Part shown: piece after piece, positions 6,670 to 9,833 of the stretch
Layout: each line of letters starts with the position of its first letter
Numbering within the stretch: the stretch's first letter is position 1
Virus record (IMG/VR): IMGVR_UViG_2711768018_000004
DNA length: 9,833 nucleotides
Source of the DNA: a virus
Taxonomy: Duplodnaviria; Heunggongvirae; Uroviricota; Caudoviricetes
Reading direction: 5' to 3' (one strand)
The notes under the pieces: generated by a model
The model's input: only the letters and a program-made list of their open reading frames with translations
Database searches by the model: none
Told to the model about the DNA's origin: nothing
Made by a program: the position numbers and the translations under genes

Positions 6670-8399
6670 GCCGGAAATCTTACCCCAACGTAAATGCTGC
6701 AAATCAGTATGCCCGGGATGTCGTGCGCGGAAAGATTGTTGCCTGCCAGTTTGTGATTCAGGCCTGCCAGCGCCATCTTGATGACCTGATGGCGGAAAAA
6801 AGTAAGTCGTTTCGTTACCGCTTCGACAAGGACCTGGCTGAACGGGCCGCGAAATTTATTCAGCTGTTGCCGCACACCAAGGGGGAGTGGGCATTCAAAC
6901 GGATGCCCATCACGCTGGAGCCGTGGCAGCTATTTGTGATCTGCTGTGCGTTTGGCTGGGTCAATAAAGGCACCCGGTTGCGCCGCTTCCGGGAGGTGTA
7001 CACCGAAATCCCCCGTAAGAACGGCAAATCAGCAATCTCTGCCGGTGTTGCCCTGTATTGTTTTGCCTGTGATAACGAGTTTGGCGCGGAAGTGTATTCC
7101 GGTGCCACGACAGAGAAACAGGCGTGGGAAGTCTTTCGCCCGGCGCGACTGATGTGTAAACGCACACCCATGCTGACGGAAGCGTTCGGGATTGAGGTTA
7201 ACGCCTCAAACATGAACCGTCCGGAGGATGGCGCGCGGTTTGAACCGCTGATCGGCAACCCAGGTGATGGTTCATCACCCCACTGTGCCGTGGTTGATGA
7301 ATATCACGAGCATGCCACCGATGCGCTTTATACCACAATGCTTACCGGGATGGGGGCGCGACGTCAGCCACTGATGTGGGCCATCACCACCGCCGGGTAC
7401 AACATTGAGGGGCCGTGCTACGACAAGCGGCGGGAAGTCATCGAGATGCTCAACGGCTCGGTGCCTAACGATGAACTGTTCGGGATCATCTATACCGTTG
7501 ATGAAGGTGACGACTGGACCGGCCCGCAGGTGCTGGAAAAAGCCAATCCAAATATTGGCGTGTCGGTTTATCGCGAATTTTTGTTAAGTCAGCAGCAGCG
7601 TGCGAAAAATAACGCCCGTCTGGCAAACGTCTTTAAAACAAAACACCTCAATATCTGGGTGTCGGCGCGTTCGGCGTATTTCAACTTGGTGAGCTGGCAG
7701 AGCTGCGAGGATAAATCACTGACCCTTGAGCAGTTCGAGGGGCAGCCGTGCATTCTGGCCTTTGACCTGGCGCGTAAGCTGGATATGAACAGCATGGCGC
7801 GACTTTATACCCGCGAGATTGACGGTAAAACGCATTACTACAGTGTGGCCCCGCGTTTCTGGGTACCGTATGACACGGTGTACAGCGTCGAGAAAAATGA
7901 AGATCGACGGACAGCCGAACGCTTTCAGAAATGGGTGGAAATGGGCGTTCTGACCGTTACCGATGGTGCGGAGGTGGATTATCGCTACATCCTCGAGGAG
8001 GCCAAAGCGGCGAACAAAATCAGCCCGGTCAGTGAGTCACCCATCGACCCCTTCGGGGCGACCGGGTTGTCACATGACCTTGCTGATGAAGACCTGAATC
8101 CCGTCACTATCGTCCAGAACTTCACCAATATGTCCGATCCGATGAAAGAGCTGGAAGCAGCGATTGAATCGGGACGTTTTCATCATGACGGCAATCCCAT
8201 CATGACCTGGTGTATCGGCAACGTGGTCGGCAAAAACATGCCGGGTAACGATGATGTGGTGAAACCCGTCAAAGAGCAGGCGGAAAACAAAATCGATGGT
8301 GCAGTTGCGCTGATTATGGCGGTTGGCAGAGCCATGCTGTACGAGAAAGAAGACACGCTGTCTGACCACATTGAGTCCTACGGGATCCGCTCGCTTTAA
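6666..8399 (+). CDS. Terminase large subunit (HK97-like, Terminase_1 family)
   Basis: 577 aa with a P-loop-like RKNGKSA segment in the N-terminal ATPase region and a C-terminal nuclease-domain-sized region. Size and position (TerS upstream, portal downstream) are typical. Confidence 0.9.
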   Translation: MSRKSYPNVNAANQYARDVVRGKIVACQFVIQACQRHLDDLMAEKSKSFRYRFDKDLAERAAKFIQLLPHTKGEWAFKRMPITLEPWQLFVICCAFGWVNKGTRLRRFREVYTEIPRKNGKSAISAGVALYCFACDNEFGAEVYSGATTEKQAWEVFRPARLMCKRTPMLTEAFGIEVNASNMNRPEDGARFEPLIGNPGDGSSPHCAVVDEYHEHATDALYTTMLTGMGARRQPLMWAITTAGYNIEGPCYDKRREVIEMLNGSVPNDELFGIIYTVDEGDDWTGPQVLEKANPNIGVSVYREFLLSQQQRAKNNARLANVFKTKHLNIWVSARSAYFNLVSWQSCEDKSLTLEQFEGQPCILAFDLARKLDMNSMARLYTREIDGKTHYYSVAPRFWVPYDTVYSVEKNEDRRTAERFQKWVEMGVLTVTDGAEVDYRYILEEAKAANKISPVSESPIDPFGATGLSHDLADEDLNPVTIVQNFTNMSDPMKELEAAIESGRFHHDGNPIMTWCIGNVVGKNMPGNDDVVKPVKEQAENKIDGAVALIMAVGRAMLYEKEDTLSDHIESYGIRSL

Positions 8400-8410
8400 C
8401 TGAGGTAATT

Positions 8411-8593
8411 ATGATCATGCTGATTCTCGCGCCTCTGGTGGGCGTGCTGGGTGCGCTTTTGCTGGCGTATGGTGCCTGGCTGATTTATCCCCCGGCGGGT
8501 TTTGTTGTTGCCGGGGCGCTGTGCCTGTTCTGGTCGTGGCTGGTGGCGCGATATCTCGACCGTACACGGCAGTCTGTCGGCGGAGGTAAATAG
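8411..8593 (+). CDS. Small hydrophobic protein (60 aa, two predicted transmembrane segments), hypothetical
   Basis: ATG 8411 with GAGGT 4 nt upstream. Strongly hydrophobic sequence [48 protein letters not shown]. Stop TAG overlaps the putative portal GTG start. Could be spurious. Confidence 0.4.
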   Translation: MIMLILAPLVGVLGALLLAYGAWLIYPPAGFVVAGALCLFWSWLVARYLDRTRQSVGGGK

Positions 8594-9749
8594 TGTTCTT
8601 TTCGGGATTATTTCAACGAAAAAGCGATGTGCCGGTGACCACGCCAGCAGAACTGCTGATGCTATCGGGCTGTCATACGACACCTATACCGGAAAGCGGA
8701 TCAGTAGCCAGCGGGCCATGCGCCTGACGGCGGTCTATTCTTGCGTCAGGGTGCTGGCAGAGTCTGTTGGTATGCTGCCCTGCAGTCTCTACAAAATCAG
8801 CGGTACCCTGAAAACACGGGCGGTGGATGAACGACTGCATAAGTTGGTTTCGGCAAAACCTAATGGCTACATGACACCGCAGGAATTCTGGGAGCTGGTT
8901 ATTGTCTGCCTGTGTCTACGGGGGAATTTTTACGCCTACAAGGTAAAGGCACTGGGAGAAGTGGTGGAGCTTCTTCCGATAGATCCGGGCTGTGTGGAAC
9001 CGAAGCTGAACAGCCAGTGGCAGCCGGTTTATCAGGTGACGTTTCCGGATGGTTCCGTGGATGTGTTGACCCAGAATGAAATCTGGCATGTGCGCACCCT
9101 GACGCTGGATGGACTTGTCGGGCTGAATCCCATTGCGTATGCGCGTGAGGCCATTTCACTGGCAGCGGCAACCGAGGAGCACGGTGCCAGGTTGTTTAGT
9201 AATGGTGCGGTGACATCCGGTGTGTTGCGTACGGAACAAAAGCTCACGCCGGATGCTTACGAGCGTCTGAAGAAAGATTTTGAGGAGTGTCACACGGGGC
9301 TTGGCAATGCTCACCGCCCGATGATTCTGGAAATGGGGCTGGACTGGAAGTCGATGGCGCTGAACGCCGAGGACAGTCAGTTCCTGGAAACCCGCAAGTT
9401 TCAGCTGGAAGAAATCTGTCGTCTGTTCCGGGTGCCGTTGCACATGGTGCAGAACACCGATCGCGCCACCTTCAACAATATCGAAGAGCTGGGGCTGGGA
9501 TTTATCAACTATTCACTGGTGCCGTATCTGACCCGCATCGAACAGCGGATCAACACCGGACTGGTACGAAAAAGTAAGCAGGGCGTTTATTACGCCAAAT
9601 TTAACGCCGGGGCGTTACTGCGCGGGGATATGAAGTCCCGTTTTGAAGCCTACGCCACCGGGATCAACTGGGGAATTTACTCTTCCAATGACTGCCGCGA
9701 CCTGGAAGATATGAATCCGCGTCCCGGTGGTGTAATGCCGATCAGTTAA
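8593..9749 (+). CDS. Portal protein, HK97 family; reading frame apparently interrupted by a 1-bp indel near 8667-8669 (possible pseudogene or sequencing error)
   Basis: Frame +3 from about 8664 to 9749 encodes a portal-like body (TAVYSCVRVLAESVGMLP... through ...PRPGGVMPIS). The likely N-terminus (GTG 8593, GGAGGT RBS, MFFSGLFQRKSDVPVTTPAELLMLSG) is in frame +2 and hits TGA at 8725-8727. The span 8593..9749 is 1157 nt, not a multiple of 3. Confidence 0.75.
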
Positions 9750-9782
9750 GGATCAGTTGACCGATCCAGTGGCTGTGTAAGA

Positions 9783-9816
9783 ATCCGGAAACGCTCACTT
9801 GTTTCCGGATTTTTTT
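9783..9816 (+). terminator. Strong intrinsic terminator downstream of the portal gene
   Basis: 10-bp stem ATCCGGAAAC (9783-9792) / GTTTCCGGAT (9801-9810) with 8-nt loop GCTCACTT, followed by a T-run to 9816. Confidence 0.7.
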
Positions 9817-9833
9817 ATGCACATTGGACAGGC

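Noticed and set aside
5953-6875. Minus-strand ORFs 5953..6357, 6156..6368 and 6435..6875 antisense to HNH, the cos region and terminase
   Set aside because: They overlap strongly supported + strand genes, are Arg/Gly-rich from GC-rich antisense sequence, and have no motifs.
8502-8663. TTG start at 8502 for the portal ORF
   Set aside because: The extension overlaps the small membrane ORF in another frame and is Cys/Trp/Arg-rich. The plausible portal start is the GTG at 8593 in the adjacent frame.

Overview
This window is the replication-end, late-regulatory, lysis and head-packaging region of a lambdoid prophage of an enterobacterial (E. coli/Shigella-like) host, with every supported gene on the + strand. 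All calls are from reading the sequence and recalled family motifs; no database search was run. Gene order: tail of an upstream gene (ends at the TAA at 22-24), DnaB-family helicase, small hypothetical protein, RusA resolvase, Q antiterminator (QuuD/phage-82 type), late-promoter/terminator candidates, an ORF6N-domain gene, four tRNA genes (Ile2/Met-CAT, Arg-TCT, Thr-TGT, Gly-TCC), a 363-nt run of N, the 3' end of a phage-21-type pinholin, SAR endolysin, Rz with embedded Rz1, HNH endonuclease, a GC-rich candidate cos region, terminase small and large subunits, a small hydrophobic ORF, and an HK97-family portal gene followed by a strong terminator. The points most worth a second look are an apparent 1-bp frame disruption near the start of the portal gene, the uncharacterised ORF6N-domain gene plus tRNA array sitting in the cargo slot between Q and the lysis genes, and the unresolved gap exactly where further cargo could lie. 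I found no CRISPR array, no integrase or attachment site, and no complete defence or toxin system in the resolved sequence; most of the window is a conventional lambdoid late region.
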